Positions 27,827-38,450 of a stretch of DNA of 64,000 nt are shown here, in pieces (position 1 is the first letter of the stretch; every line of letters begins with the position of its first letter). The translations under genes and the position numbers were made by a program. The notes under the pieces were generated by a model. That model ran no database searches. It had not been told where the DNA came from and worked only from the letters and a program-made list of their open reading frames with translations. The stretch is from Candidatus Altiarchaeota archaeon (lineage in GTDB: Archaea; Altiarchaeota; Altiarchaeia; IMC4; SCGC-AAA252-I15), in contig JAZDMS010000001.1 in NCBI GenBank assembly GCA_043800705.1, positions 57,826-121,825 on the forward strand, in the 5' to 3' direction.

Positions 27827-29767
27827 ATGGCAACTCATCAGAGAATAAAAAATTTTGGTAAAGAGAATTATCCCTCCCTCCTCATACTATTGGCCTTAGG
27901 GTTGATAGCCGTTTTTACCCTGATTATCTATGACCAAAACCTCATATCCCAGAATAACCTCAAACCCTTCATAAATAACGTCCGCTTCCTCGGATTGACC
28001 TTAATCATCTTGTTCCTGCTTACGGTCTCGACAAAAGTTCTTGAGAGGCCGGCGACAGTGATTGTTGTCGCGTTTATCGTATCGGTGTTCTATCTTTCAC
28101 CGATATACCTTGACATATGGAACATGGGGGTAATAGACTGGGACTTCACCTTCACCTCCATACTAGCCGCTAAAATCAGCATGTTGGATTATCACCAGTT
28201 CCCTCTCTGGAATCCTTATATCTGCGGGGGGACGTCTATGATCGCGGCATATCAATCACTCTTTCTTGACCCATTGTCACTGACGTGGCTAATTCTTCCT
28301 GTCCCCATCGCCATCAAGGTGAACCTAATGTTTTATATCATGATCGGCATGATTGGATGTTACCTGCTGGCATATCACCTCCGTTTGGGTGTGTACTCAC
28401 GATACTATCTCGGCATAGTTTTTATGCTTAGCGGCTTCTTTGCGCATAGGATTTTTGTAGGGCATGTTAACATGCTTGTCATGATGTATCTCCCCCTCCT
28501 CCTTTTGTATCTAATGAAATCGTTCGAAAAATTAAGGTACTGTATCATCTGCTCGCTGGTCCTGACGGTTTTCGTGAATTTTGGCAATCCCTTCCCGGTT
28601 ACGTTTCTTGTTGTCTTTTTAATCGTTTACACCTGTGTCGAGTTCATAATGAGGTTGGGCACATATGCTCTCAAAAAAACTCGGGGAGTAATGTGGGTGA
28701 TACACCCTCTCATTTCGGTATTATTGATTGTAGTCCTCTGTGCATTGGTATCTGGGTTCAGGCTGCTCCCGCTATTGGAGTATTACACAAACGTCAGCCC
28801 CTACGAGAATAATAACCCAAGCCTATGGGATTGGGGGTTTGTCTCGCCAATCGATGTTTATAATAACCTAGCGGACTCCCATCTGGCATATGGCTGGCAT
28901 GAATCGAATTCATATATCGGGCTAGTGGCGTTTCTGTTCTCGATATATGGGTTATTTATATGCTATAGGGAGCGGCAGTATGTCCCTTTGATTGTTTTCG
29001 CATTACTGACCCTATTCATATCCTTGGGGTCTAACTCTCCGGTGCCTATCTGGGCGCTCGTTCACCAGTTCCCGATGTTCATGTCTCTGCGTATACCCCT
29101 GCGGGCGATTATGTTCATCCTGTTCACCCTTGTCATACTCTCTGCCCGGGGCCTTTCGGCCGTGGAATCGAAAGATAAGAAGTTTAGCGTGTTGGTGGTG
29201 GTGTTTTGCCTCTTCATCCTGTTCACCTCGAACTCGAGACTTTTCGAGGATATATTCATAATACAGCCTGTTGTTTCGGAAAGCTATGGCACTCACTTCA
29301 AACAGGTGGTGAGTACTGATGCGCATAAGGATGCTTATTCTTGGATGTACACTCATGTATTGGACGGTCAGGGGGTCACAAACTGTTATATGATCGGATC
29401 ACTTCAAAATCATGCAATCCCGGCACAGGACGGCAGATACTGGGGGGAGGTGGTTATCCGTGAAACTGGGTTGGGGAACGCTAGTATACTCTCATTTTCA
29501 CCAAATATGATCGTTGTCGACGTTAACTCCTCGGGTAAAGGTTTGCTTATCCTGAACCAGAATTTCGAAAGGAATTGGAAATTAGAGGGTGGCGGGGTCG
29601 TAAAAAATACAGATGGTTTGATCTCGACAGATGTTGATTCAACCACGCAAAAGGTTGTATTCTATTACCTTCCAGACACCTTCATTATAGGCGTGTTCTT
29701 ATCGATTATTGGCCTGAGTATATGTGTTCTCACCATTAGAAGACATGGTTTATCGATCCTTTGGTGA
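27827..29767 (+). CDS. YfhO-like GT-C membrane glycosyltransferase
   Basis: FPLWNPY..GG, many TMs, YIG, R.P.R, LNQNF..NW C-terminal domain. Confidence 0.75.
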   Translation: MATHQRIKNFGKENYPSLLILLALGLIAVFTLIIYDQNLISQNNLKPFINNVRFLGLTLIILFLLTVSTKVLERPATVIVVAFIVSVFYLSPIYLDIWNMGVIDWDFTFTSILAAKISMLDYHQFPLWNPYICGGTSMIAAYQSLFLDPLSLTWLILPVPIAIKVNLMFYIMIGMIGCYLLAYHLRLGVYSRYYLGIVFMLSGFFAHRIFVGHVNMLVMMYLPLLLLYLMKSFEKLRYCIICSLVLTVFVNFGNPFPVTFLVVFLIVYTCVEFIMRLGTYALKKTRGVMWVIHPLISVLLIVVLCALVSGFRLLPLLEYYTNVSPYENNNPSLWDWGFVSPIDVYNNLADSHLAYGWHESNSYIGLVAFLFSIYGLFICYRERQYVPLIVFALLTLFISLGSNSPVPIWALVHQFPMFMSLRIPLRAIMFILFTLVILSARGLSAVESKDKKFSVLVVVFCLFILFTSNSRLFEDIFIIQPVVSESYGTHFKQVVSTDAHKDAYSWMYTHVLDGQGVTNCYMIGSLQNHAIPAQDGRYWGEVVIRETGLGNASILSFSPNMIVVDVNSSGKGLLILNQNFERNWKLEGGGVVKNTDGLISTDVDSTTQKVVFYYLPDTFIIGVFLSIIGLSICVLTIRRHGLSILW

Positions 29768-29959
29768 TATTATCTTACAATAATTGGGTGTATGTAATGG
29801 CATATAATCTGGGCTCAATTTTTTACCTAGTTGATTGTTCGCAAAATATGCCTTGTTCTAATAATGATTTTAAATCATGCATGTCCTATACTATTAAGTA
29901 AACTTTGTATCTCAGTGGATGATGATTAAACGGGTTATGTCTGACGGCTCAGTATTTTT

Positions 29960-31420
29960 ATGAAAGAGGACCAATATTTTAATGCAAGACGGGATGAGGT
30001 TAAACAGCACTTCAATTCATTGGCTGGCGAGTATGGCTACTGGAAGAGAAAGAATAGTTACTACTTTAAGCTTCTAAAGGATCTTTTCAGGGAAATTGTG
30101 CCTAACGGAAAGTCGGTTTTGGAGATGGGGTGCGGGACAGGGGATGTATTGGTCTGCCTAGAACCAATCTACGGCGTAGGTGTTGACGTAAGCGAGGGAA
30201 TGGTTAATGCTGCAAAAACTAAACATCCTAAAATGGATTTTTTTGTTGGCGCAGCCGAATCGATTAAATTAGACGAGCAATTTGATTATGTCGTTATGGC
30301 CGATCTTATCGACCACCTTGTTGACGTGCAGGGGACGTTAAAGAATGTCAGGCCCATGATAAAATGGGGTGGGCGGCTTGTCATTTCAACTATTAATCCT
30401 TTGTGGTCTCCGATTTTGCTTATTTCAGAAAAACTCGGGTTAAAGATGCCTGAAGGATACCATAATTTCGTCCTAAAAGATGACATATGCAATATCCTTC
30501 GTCTTGAAGACTATGAGGTTGTAGACTCGGGATATAGGATCCTAATCCCGAAATACTTTCCTCTCCTATCCGATTTTATCAACAAATTTGCGCCGCGGAT
30601 AAAGTTCATTCGAGAATTTTGCCTTTGCCAATATATTGTGGCAACCCCTTCCTCGGCGCCCCGGGGTGAGTCTCCTGACATTTCACTCTCAATAGTTATC
30701 CCCTGCTATAATGAGGAGGATAATATAATGGCGTGCGTGGCTAGAATACCTAGGATCACACTTAGTCAGGAAGTAGTTCTAGTCAATGATGGATCGACTG
30801 ATGGAACAGAGCGAGCAATTATGGGCTTAAGGTCTGATAATCCCAGGTACATCAAAGTCGTATCCTATCATAATAATCAAGGAAAAGGCCACGCTGTCAA
30901 AAAAGGATTTGAAGCTGCCAACGGTGAGGTCCTGATGATCCTTGATGCGGACATGTCACTCATGCCGGAGGAATTACCTAGATTCTATGAGGCTATCAAA
31001 AACAAAAAGGGGGATTTTATCAATGGTACGCGGATGATGTATCCTATGGAAGATGAGTCTATGCGACTCCTAAATCTTATCGGCAACAATATCTTTAGCA
31101 GAGCATTATCCCTACTCGTAGGTCAACGGCTTACGGACACATTATGTGGCACAAAATGTCTTTTTAAATCGGATTTTAAAAAGATGATGATGGGCAGGGA
31201 TAGGTGGGGTGATTTTGACCTGCTTTTCGGTGCTGCAAAGTTAAAACTACGGATAGTTGAAGTTCCTGTCCATTATCAGCGGAGGGATTGGGGGGAATCT
31301 AAGATGCTGCCCCTAAAACACGGTTTCCAGCTGTTCATGGTGTGCTTAGTATTCCTTTTTGAGCTTAAATTGCGTCTTCAATGGGATAGAATCAAAAGGC
31401 GCGGGGTGGAGGATACTTGA
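29960..31420 (+). CDS. Methyltransferase-GT2 glycosyltransferase fusion
   Basis: EMGCGTG; IPCYNEE, NDGSTD, DAD, DTLCGTK, WGDFDLLFGA. Confidence 0.9.
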   Translation: MKEDQYFNARRDEVKQHFNSLAGEYGYWKRKNSYYFKLLKDLFREIVPNGKSVLEMGCGTGDVLVCLEPIYGVGVDVSEGMVNAAKTKHPKMDFFVGAAESIKLDEQFDYVVMADLIDHLVDVQGTLKNVRPMIKWGGRLVISTINPLWSPILLISEKLGLKMPEGYHNFVLKDDICNILRLEDYEVVDSGYRILIPKYFPLLSDFINKFAPRIKFIREFCLCQYIVATPSSAPRGESPDISLSIVIPCYNEEDNIMACVARIPRITLSQEVVLVNDGSTDGTERAIMGLRSDNPRYIKVVSYHNNQGKGHAVKKGFEAANGEVLMILDADMSLMPEELPRFYEAIKNKKGDFINGTRMMYPMEDESMRLLNLIGNNIFSRALSLLVGQRLTDTLCGTKCLFKSDFKKMMMGRDRWGDFDLLFGAAKLKLRIVEVPVHYQRRDWGESKMLPLKHGFQLFMVCLVFLFELKLRLQWDRIKRRGVEDT

Positions 31421-34326
31421 TGGTAGCTCGTAAAAGGAATTATCGAAAAAATTTCGCCTCGGAGGGTGGTTTTCAGAATATTCAGGATCTTATCGGCCTT
31501 GCCTTATTGTTTATTGCGGTGTTTTTTTTACTATATACGACTTTTCCCCTATTGCTCAACAAAGGCTATATAAACGGTGGTGATAACTTCATCCATACCG
31601 CTGAGATCTTTTATATGGACCGGCTTTTCACCGAGGATGGCTCCCTCTTCGGATGGTATCACATGTTCAACACTGGTCATCCGCTGTTTTATTTCTACCA
31701 GTCGCTCTTCCATATGATCGTTGTATTTTTCCATAATATCACGGCTTTGGACCTTCTCTATTCTGAAAAGGTCATTCTGATCATCATAATATCGCTGTAT
31801 CCCCTAAGCATGTTTTATTTTCTCACCCATGTGGGGTATTCAAGGCTTATATCAGGTCTTGCGGCATTGTTTTCTATCACCTCAAACGCGGCTTGGGGCA
31901 ACGGCATAACGACGTACTTCTATTCTGGAGCGATAACCGGGGCGATGGGCATGCTGTTATTCCCCATTGCATTGGCTTTGGTATACGACTCATTTATTAA
32001 AAACCGGAGCGTTTGGGCTCTGTTGCTGGTCCTTATCTTGTCGATGCTTGCGCATTATCTGATCTGTTATATGTTGTGGATAATACTGACCATTTTCCTC
32101 TTTTTTACCCTGATTAAGTGCGATATCGGATTTTCCGCATTTGCCCTCAGAAAGTATGTGGTGGTGGTATTGGCTTTCAGTTTGTTGGCGTCATTCCATA
32201 TCATCCCGGTTTTAAGGACCGTTGTCGGACAGAGTGCGTTAGAAATATTGGTGCAGGAGGGTTGGTATGAGGGTTGGTATCAAAACTCTTTTACTCTCCC
32301 TGAAACGATCGATTTTTACCTAAACGGATGGATATTCGACGTATCGAATCCTGAATTTAGGAAGTATAACTGGTATAATAACTCTGAAAGCGGGAGGTTG
32401 CCTATCCTGACCATGTTCTCCATTCTCGGGTTCATATACTGCGCCCTCAAACCGACGGAAAAGCAGAATGGTTTCCTTTCAGTTGGATTTTTGTTTTCGA
32501 TATTGTTGTATTCTGGGGAGGATGATGCGATATTCCTTAAGCTCATGCCGTTCCACAATCATCTGTGGTATATCCGCGCGATTTTAATATTCGAGTTCTT
32601 TGTCGTCATTCTGGCGGCTGTTGGTATGTACCAATTGTGTAGGCTCTTCACATCCTTGTGTACGAAAAAGATCTGTAAGAAGGACCTAGAATACAGGAAA
32701 GGGGCTGTCTTGACAGTAGTTATTTTTTTCTTCTCTATTGCGGTTTTTGGGCATTTATTGTCAGAGCGTTATGACATATCCTTGAAATTGGTCACGGTTG
32801 TCAATACTGATGAGTTGGCAAGCATCGGGCAGTTGTTCTCCTCCGCTATATATGATGGCCAGGGCAGGATGTTTGTCGGGCACGAGCTGAATATCAGGAC
32901 ATCGCATGGTGAGTATCCTGTTTTTGCCATAGAGTCCAATCTATCGACGATTATGCCGCCGTCTTGGGAACAGAATTATATCACCCAACAGCTCTTGACC
33001 CGGCTTCTTCCCCAGGGATTTGATGAACCTAGCCTTGCGGTCGGAATACCTAACGAGCCGCAATTGATGGATCTGTATAATATCAAGTATCTGCTTGCCG
33101 CTAAAAATTGGGGCAATTCATCCAAAGATCCGAGGGCGGTTGATAAAATCTTACTCGCCAACAATTCACGTTTTGAATTCTATGAGATCGGTAAAAACCA
33201 CACATATTTCAAATTTATTTCCTCAAAACCGGCATTGGCCGTTGCAAGCGATTATAGTTGGTTCAATCTAGGCTTGCAGTGGTTGTATACCTACCAGAAG
33301 AATGAAAACTTCTCCCGTTTACCTTTTATAGTCAAATCAAAGACTAATGTCCTGGATGATATCGAATTTGATAGTGGCAAGTACCCTGTCATTATACTCC
33401 TTGACTATGACATACGAAGCAGGGAATCTGTCGATAGCAAGATCAGGGATTATGTCGATTCCGGTGGGCAGATCATCTCTTGGGAGAACGGCTTTAGCGG
33501 TAATGGTACATATCTAAGTAATCACGGCGCATGGATGGATATAATTTTACCCAAGACCCCTGAATTTTCCGGTTCTCAGGGCATATATGCCCCTGAATCC
33601 GGCCTTCAAAGATTTAAGGTTAAGTACCATTCGGATGAGTCCCGTTTTATTGTGTTTAAAATGAGTTATTTCCAGGGTTGGAATGCACTTGTCGATGGAG
33701 AACGTATCGAGGTTGTAGCAGTTACGCCTGAATTTGTTGGGTTGTGGATCCCAGCCGGGGACCATGTGTTGGAGTTAAAATATGGCCTTGATACGGATTA
33801 TGTCGGGTATTTGCTTTTCTTAGTTGGTATTTTGGCAGTTTTGTGTGCAAACAAGAGAAAAATGATTTTTTACGGAGGGGGTATGGGAAAGGTTCTTGTT
33901 GAACGGCCTTTAGTCCATTATGTGCTACTTTTTGCTTTATTATCGTATATTGGTTCGGTATATGTCCTGCAGGCGTACTTTTACATGCCTGTTCACGAAT
34001 TGCCCACAACCGGCGATTCTTATGGCATCTATCGGACTCCGCTAATCTGGGAGATGACGCCGATCAATACCTCTGGAAATGGTCTGTTGAGGTATGAGGT
34101 GGAGGTTAGCGGATGCCCATTGGACTTTAGCAACTGTATACTGTTTAATACTACGACCTCGACAACTAATTATTATCTTGATTCTGAGAAATTCAGGCCC
34201 GGCGGTATTTATGCGTGGCATGTGAGGGCTGTAACGGATGATATGGTCGGGGTTTGGTCCATTCCCGATGTTTTTATGACTGTTAAGAACGCTCCTAATA
34301 TAGGGAATGTCTATCTAGCTGATTAG
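31417..34326 (+). CDS. PTPS-related/YfhO-like GT-C membrane protein with C-terminal Ig/FN3-like domain
   Basis: GD..H, W....GHPLFYFY, multiple TMs, SYFQGWNALVDG, YAWHVRA..G.WS. Confidence 0.72.
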   Translation: MMVARKRNYRKNFASEGGFQNIQDLIGLALLFIAVFFLLYTTFPLLLNKGYINGGDNFIHTAEIFYMDRLFTEDGSLFGWYHMFNTGHPLFYFYQSLFHMIVVFFHNITALDLLYSEKVILIIIISLYPLSMFYFLTHVGYSRLISGLAALFSITSNAAWGNGITTYFYSGAITGAMGMLLFPIALALVYDSFIKNRSVWALLLVLILSMLAHYLICYMLWIILTIFLFFTLIKCDIGFSAFALRKYVVVVLAFSLLASFHIIPVLRTVVGQSALEILVQEGWYEGWYQNSFTLPETIDFYLNGWIFDVSNPEFRKYNWYNNSESGRLPILTMFSILGFIYCALKPTEKQNGFLSVGFLFSILLYSGEDDAIFLKLMPFHNHLWYIRAILIFEFFVVILAAVGMYQLCRLFTSLCTKKICKKDLEYRKGAVLTVVIFFFSIAVFGHLLSERYDISLKLVTVVNTDELASIGQLFSSAIYDGQGRMFVGHELNIRTSHGEYPVFAIESNLSTIMPPSWEQNYITQQLLTRLLPQGFDEPSLAVGIPNEPQLMDLYNIKYLLAAKNWGNSSKDPRAVDKILLANNSRFEFYEIGKNHTYFKFISSKPALAVASDYSWFNLGLQWLYTYQKNENFSRLPFIVKSKTNVLDDIEFDSGKYPVIILLDYDIRSRESVDSKIRDYVDSGGQIISWENGFSGNGTYLSNHGAWMDIILPKTPEFSGSQGIYAPESGLQRFKVKYHSDESRFIVFKMSYFQGWNALVDGERIEVVAVTPEFVGLWIPAGDHVLELKYGLDTDYVGYLLFLVGILAVLCANKRKMIFYGGGMGKVLVERPLVHYVLLFALLSYIGSVYVLQAYFYMPVHELPTTGDSYGIYRTPLIWEMTPINTSGNGLLRYEVEVSGCPLDFSNCILFNTTTSTTNYYLDSEKFRPGGIYAWHVRAVTDDMVGVWSIPDVFMTVKNAPNIGNVYLAD

Positions 34327-34375
34327 GGCTGGTCGTCTTTTTTAATTTCTCAGGATTCAGCAATCCTTTCTTTGT

Positions 34376-35209
34376 CTATCTTTTTTTCTTTTTGCGATTT
34401 TTGGTGATTTTTCTGTAGATCAGGTAACCTAATATACTGACCAATATTGCCGGGGGCAACCATACCGGGAAAGGCAGCTTGCTTGTCGTTGTTTGTTTTA
34501 TTGTGATCACTCCCCGTATTAGTGAGGCGTAGTGTTGGTTGTTTTCGGTGTACGAGGCTATTGCTGTTATGGGATATATGCTTCCGGGTAGTGCGCCGGC
34601 AGGTTCTATTGTTATGGGGATTTGTTGTTCTTTATTCGGTTCTAGGACGATATTCAGCATCACAATGTCCGCCCTTAGTTCGTCTGGGAGTATTAGCTTT
34701 ATTTTCACGTCGTGGGCTTTTTCATCGCGATTCATTATTTTTAGGTTTGTCGTCGCTGCCTCTTTTTCTAACTCAAGATTACCCATTATGCCCGAGATCG
34801 TGTTCATGGTGGGTGTCTTATAAATGATCGTTTGGGCGTTAACGGAGGAGAATGGGTATTGGTTTTCATCCTTATAGTTTGTAAGCAGCGCGACTATGTA
34901 TGCTCCCGGTATTGCGTCTTCGGATATGTTTATCCTGAATATGTCCTTCTTTTCTTGTTTGGGTTCTAATTTTTGATAGAATATTGACTGTCCTGTAAAG
35001 CCGTCTGGCAATATTAGGGAGAACTTGGTCTCATATGCCGACTCATCACCTCTGTTGGTAATGGTGATGGGTATCTCAAAATATGGATCCTGTATATCCT
35101 CTGGTGGGGATAATTTGGGCACGATTTGTATATAATTGGCAGATGACATCAGTGGCATGAGTATGGCTACACAGAGGCAAGACAGGATTATATTATGGAG
35201 TTTTATCAT
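34376..35209 (-). CDS. Two-Ig-like-domain surface protein (paralog of 22417)
   Basis: YIQ..P, TNRGDESAY, NQYPFSSVN and ALPGSIYPI are shared with 22417. Confidence 0.75.
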   Translation of the reverse strand: MIKLHNIILSCLCVAILMPLMSSANYIQIVPKLSPPEDIQDPYFEIPITITNRGDESAYETKFSLILPDGFTGQSIFYQKLEPKQEKKDIFRINISEDAIPGAYIVALLTNYKDENQYPFSSVNAQTIIYKTPTMNTISGIMGNLELEKEAATTNLKIMNRDEKAHDVKIKLILPDELRADIVMLNIVLEPNKEQQIPITIEPAGALPGSIYPITAIASYTENNQHYASLIRGVITIKQTTTSKLPFPVWLPPAILVSILGYLIYRKITKNRKKKKR

Positions 35210-35556
35210 AGTACTTGTCCTTTTTTTACCCTTGATTATTGGGAGATTAGGTATAAAAATCAATTCCCCATTTGTCCCGTGTTATGATTTTCTGGGCATT
35301 TTTTTTAATTGCTGGAATGTCTTATGGGGGTGGTGATATGCGGGCCGATGGCCGTTGGAAAACGCAAGTAATCCTAAAAGCATGCTTAGTTTTATCTATT
35401 AAAACTATTAGCTTAATGTATTGGCATGGACAATAAGTCACATACTATTAATTTGACATTCTATTATCTGTTGATGACAAAGAATGCGATTATTATGGCT
35501 GGTTATACTCTTCCTATTGGATTGGCAATCTGCAATATCCTCCAGAACGAGCAAAA

Positions 35557-36252
35557 ATGAAGTATTCAATCGTAATTCCTGCTTTTAATGAGGCGGCTCG
35601 TATAAGGAAAACTCTCGAGGGCCTTAAAGGGTTGCTTAAGGATTCTGAAGTCATTGTCGTTGATGATGGTTCTTCGGACGCGACTTTTGACATCGCTGTG
35701 GCTACTGGGGCCAAGGTTGTCAGGCATCGTATCAACCGGGGAAAGGGTGCGGCGATAAAGACTGGTTTCGCACTTGCCGAGGGGGAGGTTATAGGGTTTG
35801 TTGATGCGGATGGTTCAACAAGCGATAAGGATGTGGAGAAAGTGTTCGAATCAATAAACAGTTGCGATGTTGTAATAGGTTCTAGGAGGGTGACCGGTTC
35901 ACTGGTGCCCGTTGACCAACCGGGATATAGGAAAATATCAGGATTGGTCCTGAGGCTCCTCGTCAATGCATTGGTGGGTGTCAAATTCATGGACACTCAA
36001 TGCGGTTGCAAGGCGATGAATCGCAAGGTCGTAACTGATTTGCTCCCGAGAATGAGATCCAACGGGTTTGAATTCGACATTGAGCTCCTTTATCTGGCTA
36101 AGAAAAGGGGCTATACGGTGAAAGAGATCCCAGTCACATGGATAAACAGTACCGGTTCGACTGTGAATGTGCTTGTCGATGGTGTTAGGATGTTCTGGCA
36201 GATCCTTATGATACGGATAAGAAGATACGATCGACCGTCGGATATCACATAA
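35557..36252 (+). CDS. Dolichyl-phosphate glycosyltransferase (GT2, Alg5/DPM-like)
   Basis: IPAFNE, DDGSSD, NRGKG, DADGS, DTQCG.K, FEFDIELL. Confidence 0.9.
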   Translation: MKYSIVIPAFNEAARIRKTLEGLKGLLKDSEVIVVDDGSSDATFDIAVATGAKVVRHRINRGKGAAIKTGFALAEGEVIGFVDADGSTSDKDVEKVFESINSCDVVIGSRRVTGSLVPVDQPGYRKISGLVLRLLVNALVGVKFMDTQCGCKAMNRKVVTDLLPRMRSNGFEFDIELLYLAKKRGYTVKEIPVTWINSTGSTVNVLVDGVRMFWQILMIRIRRYDRPSDIT

Positions 36253-36270
36253 TTTACGGGGCTTGTGTGA

Positions 36271-36828
36271 TTAGGGCTGTCTTATGAATATCTCCCTCCT
36301 ATAATGCCTTAATTCCTCGATTGACTCCATTATGTCTTTGGCGGCATTGTGTGTTCCGGCTTTTTTAAACTCCGGCAGGTTTGGAAACCATCTCCTGGAG
36401 AGCTCCTTTAATGAGCTCACGTCGATGTTCCTGTAATGGAAGAAGGCCTCCAGAGTCGGCATATGCCTTCGCATGAACCAGCGGTCCTGGTGGACGCTGT
36501 TGCCGCAAAGCGGCGACAGGTTCGGCTCGCAGTGGTCGCTGAGGAATTTCAGGGTCTTCTGCTCTGCGGATTCATGCGTCTGCCTGGATCTTATCACCCT
36601 CTCCACGAGCCCGGATTCGCCGTGGTGTTTCGTGTTCCATTCGTCCATGCCGTATAGTACCGGCTCTTCCTGATGGATTGCGATGGCCGGACCTTCGGCA
36701 ATTAAGTCCAGGTTGGAGTCTGTCACCACTGTGGCGATCTCCAATATGACGTCTTTGTCGAAATCCAGGCCGCTGAACTCCATGTCGACCCATACGAGGG
36801 CATCATTCGATCTCTCCATCAACGCCAT
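36271..36828 (-). CDS. orn: Oligoribonuclease (DEDDh)
   Basis: LVWVDMEFSGLD, MDEWN..HH..SGL, PLCGNSVHQDR, HYRNIDVSSLKEL, H.A..DI.ESI.EL. Confidence 0.93.
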   Translation of the reverse strand: MALMERSNDALVWVDMEFSGLDFDKDVILEIATVVTDSNLDLIAEGPAIAIHQEEPVLYGMDEWNTKHHGESGLVERVIRSRQTHESAEQKTLKFLSDHCEPNLSPLCGNSVHQDRWFMRRHMPTLEAFFHYRNIDVSSLKELSRRWFPNLPEFKKAGTHNAAKDIMESIEELRHYRREIFIRQP

Positions 36829-36888
36829 GTTAATCCTTGGTCTGCGTGGTTTTTATAGTGTGGATGCGCATTATGATCGGGGATTGTC

Positions 36889-37278
36889 ATGGGAGACTGA
36901 TATCTTTATGCGGTGGCGGCGGCTCTCCTGTTGTCCTCAGCCCTGGCTTAAGCCTATGGCGAGTCTTTGGAGTCGCCGGTTGTCGCGGTAGGCGGTCTCC
37001 CGGCGTGCGTGATCGCCGCAGGATACGACCCTGATTCGTTCATCCTCGTCTACCGACATGGATCGGTCGCCGAGAACGGGGTCGGCTCGAGGTATGTGCG
37101 GGTCGCCAAGGAGGTTTCCAGGCGTGTTGGGCTGAGGCTATATCCCGTAGATGGGGGTGTATATTCCGACCGAGAAAAAATGCTCATGGGGTGCTTCGGC
37201 ATCGATTATTCCGGTTCCTTCGGTACTCGGATGGTATGCGCAGGAAACTGCATGGTGCGGGGCATTTACGGAGGGTAG
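36889..37278 (+). pseudogene. Probable pseudogene of a small exported protein
   Basis: ATG 36889 is in frame with ORF 36967; the signal-peptide-like stretch is interrupted by TGA 36898 and TAA 36949. Confidence 0.45.
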
Positions 37279-37330
37279 CCTTTGACCAATCAGATTCTTG
37301 TGTTTGCGGATGAATGCCTTCGGGCTTGAG

Positions 37331-38407
37331 CTATGCCGCCCTTTCGGCCCTGAACGTTCCCCTCCATTTGTCGAAGGGTATGTTGACCTTCCAGGCCTCC
37401 GGGTCCTTGGCTTCCATCCTCTTCTTTATCCTGGCGATTATACTACTTCTTTGGTCGGTGGACAGTATGCACTTTCTCCCGTACATGGATCCGTTTCCGC
37501 TCAGTGTCGCCTCGCCGTATCCGACCGGGACGGCCTTGTGCATCCTCGGTCGTGTCTTCTCCTCTTTTTGGGTGAATCCGTAATACCAGTTGAACTGGGG
37601 TACTTTGTATGTCCCTCCTGGCGTCATCCTGTATATCTCGTAGCTCCAGAAGTATTTCAGTGTGTCCCCCACCACCCTCCCGAAGATCGTGCCGAGGCCT
37701 CCGTCGTATGTTCCGACGACGGTCCCGTCAGGGAATTGCGATATGGTGGTTCTGGTGCCGGATTCGCTGTCGGTCCACACGCCTGAAAAGTCGGTGCTAA
37801 GACTCGAGCCCGGGCTCTCGGATGATGTGAGGGGCGATGGCGAGGATATCTGGTCTCCCTTGTGGATTTCGACTTTCCTGCCTGGGGGGATGCTGGCCAT
37901 CCATCCGGGAGGAAGGGTCACTTCTTCGCTTGCAGAGAGGGAGGCTGTCATTTTGGGTGTCAGCCTTGCGTCGTATCCGACTCCCAGTATCGCGAGCTGG
38001 CCCATCTCGAGCGTGACATCCCCCTCCTCCAACATTTCGCTTGAGCCCTCCGGCAAGGGCAGACGCGTCTTTTCCGGGAGCTTTATCGTCTCAGTAGACA
38101 TTGCCTTGATAGTCGATCCCGAATGCATAGGAACGACGGCAGCCCTGGACCCCTCCTCGGCGGATAAGACTGTGCCTGCTGGCAAATTTATAGCAGACTT
38201 CGGCTTTATCAAAAGTCCCGCTGTCGTCGTGATGATCTGGTCCGTCTCAACAGTCCTGAAGGTAGGTTCTTTCTTCGGAGCCTCCTCACCCATGCCGAAC
38301 AGGCTCTTAGGGGTCATTGCTGCCACGGCTGCGCCTCCGAGGGCCATCCTTAAAAAATCGCGTCGTTTCATTCCTTGGCCTTCGTTCGGGACGGTCGCTT
38401 CTTTCAT
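37331..38407 (-). CDS. Tat (twin-arginine) signal exported protein
   Basis: KRRDFLRMALGGAAVAA; repeated LPxG beta segments; C-terminal FSGVW beta-barrel-like region. Confidence 0.7.
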   Translation of the reverse strand: MKEATVPNEGQGMKRRDFLRMALGGAAVAAMTPKSLFGMGEEAPKKEPTFRTVETDQIITTTAGLLIKPKSAINLPAGTVLSAEEGSRAAVVPMHSGSTIKAMSTETIKLPEKTRLPLPEGSSEMLEEGDVTLEMGQLAILGVGYDARLTPKMTASLSASEEVTLPPGWMASIPPGRKVEIHKGDQISSPSPLTSSESPGSSLSTDFSGVWTDSESGTRTTISQFPDGTVVGTYDGGLGTIFGRVVGDTLKYFWSYEIYRMTPGGTYKVPQFNWYYGFTQKEEKTRPRMHKAVPVGYGEATLSGNGSMYGRKCILSTDQRSSIIARIKKRMEAKDPEAWKVNIPFDKWRGTFRAERAA

Positions 38408-38450
38408 TACCTTTATTATTTACATTACACACATATATATTATACAATGT

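Noticed and set aside
36889-36951. Stop-codon recoding suggested by in-frame TGA/TAA (and the TAG near 20173)
   Set aside because: All three stops terminate conserved genes here (eif2g TGA, leuS TAA, spt4 TAG), so pseudogenisation is simpler
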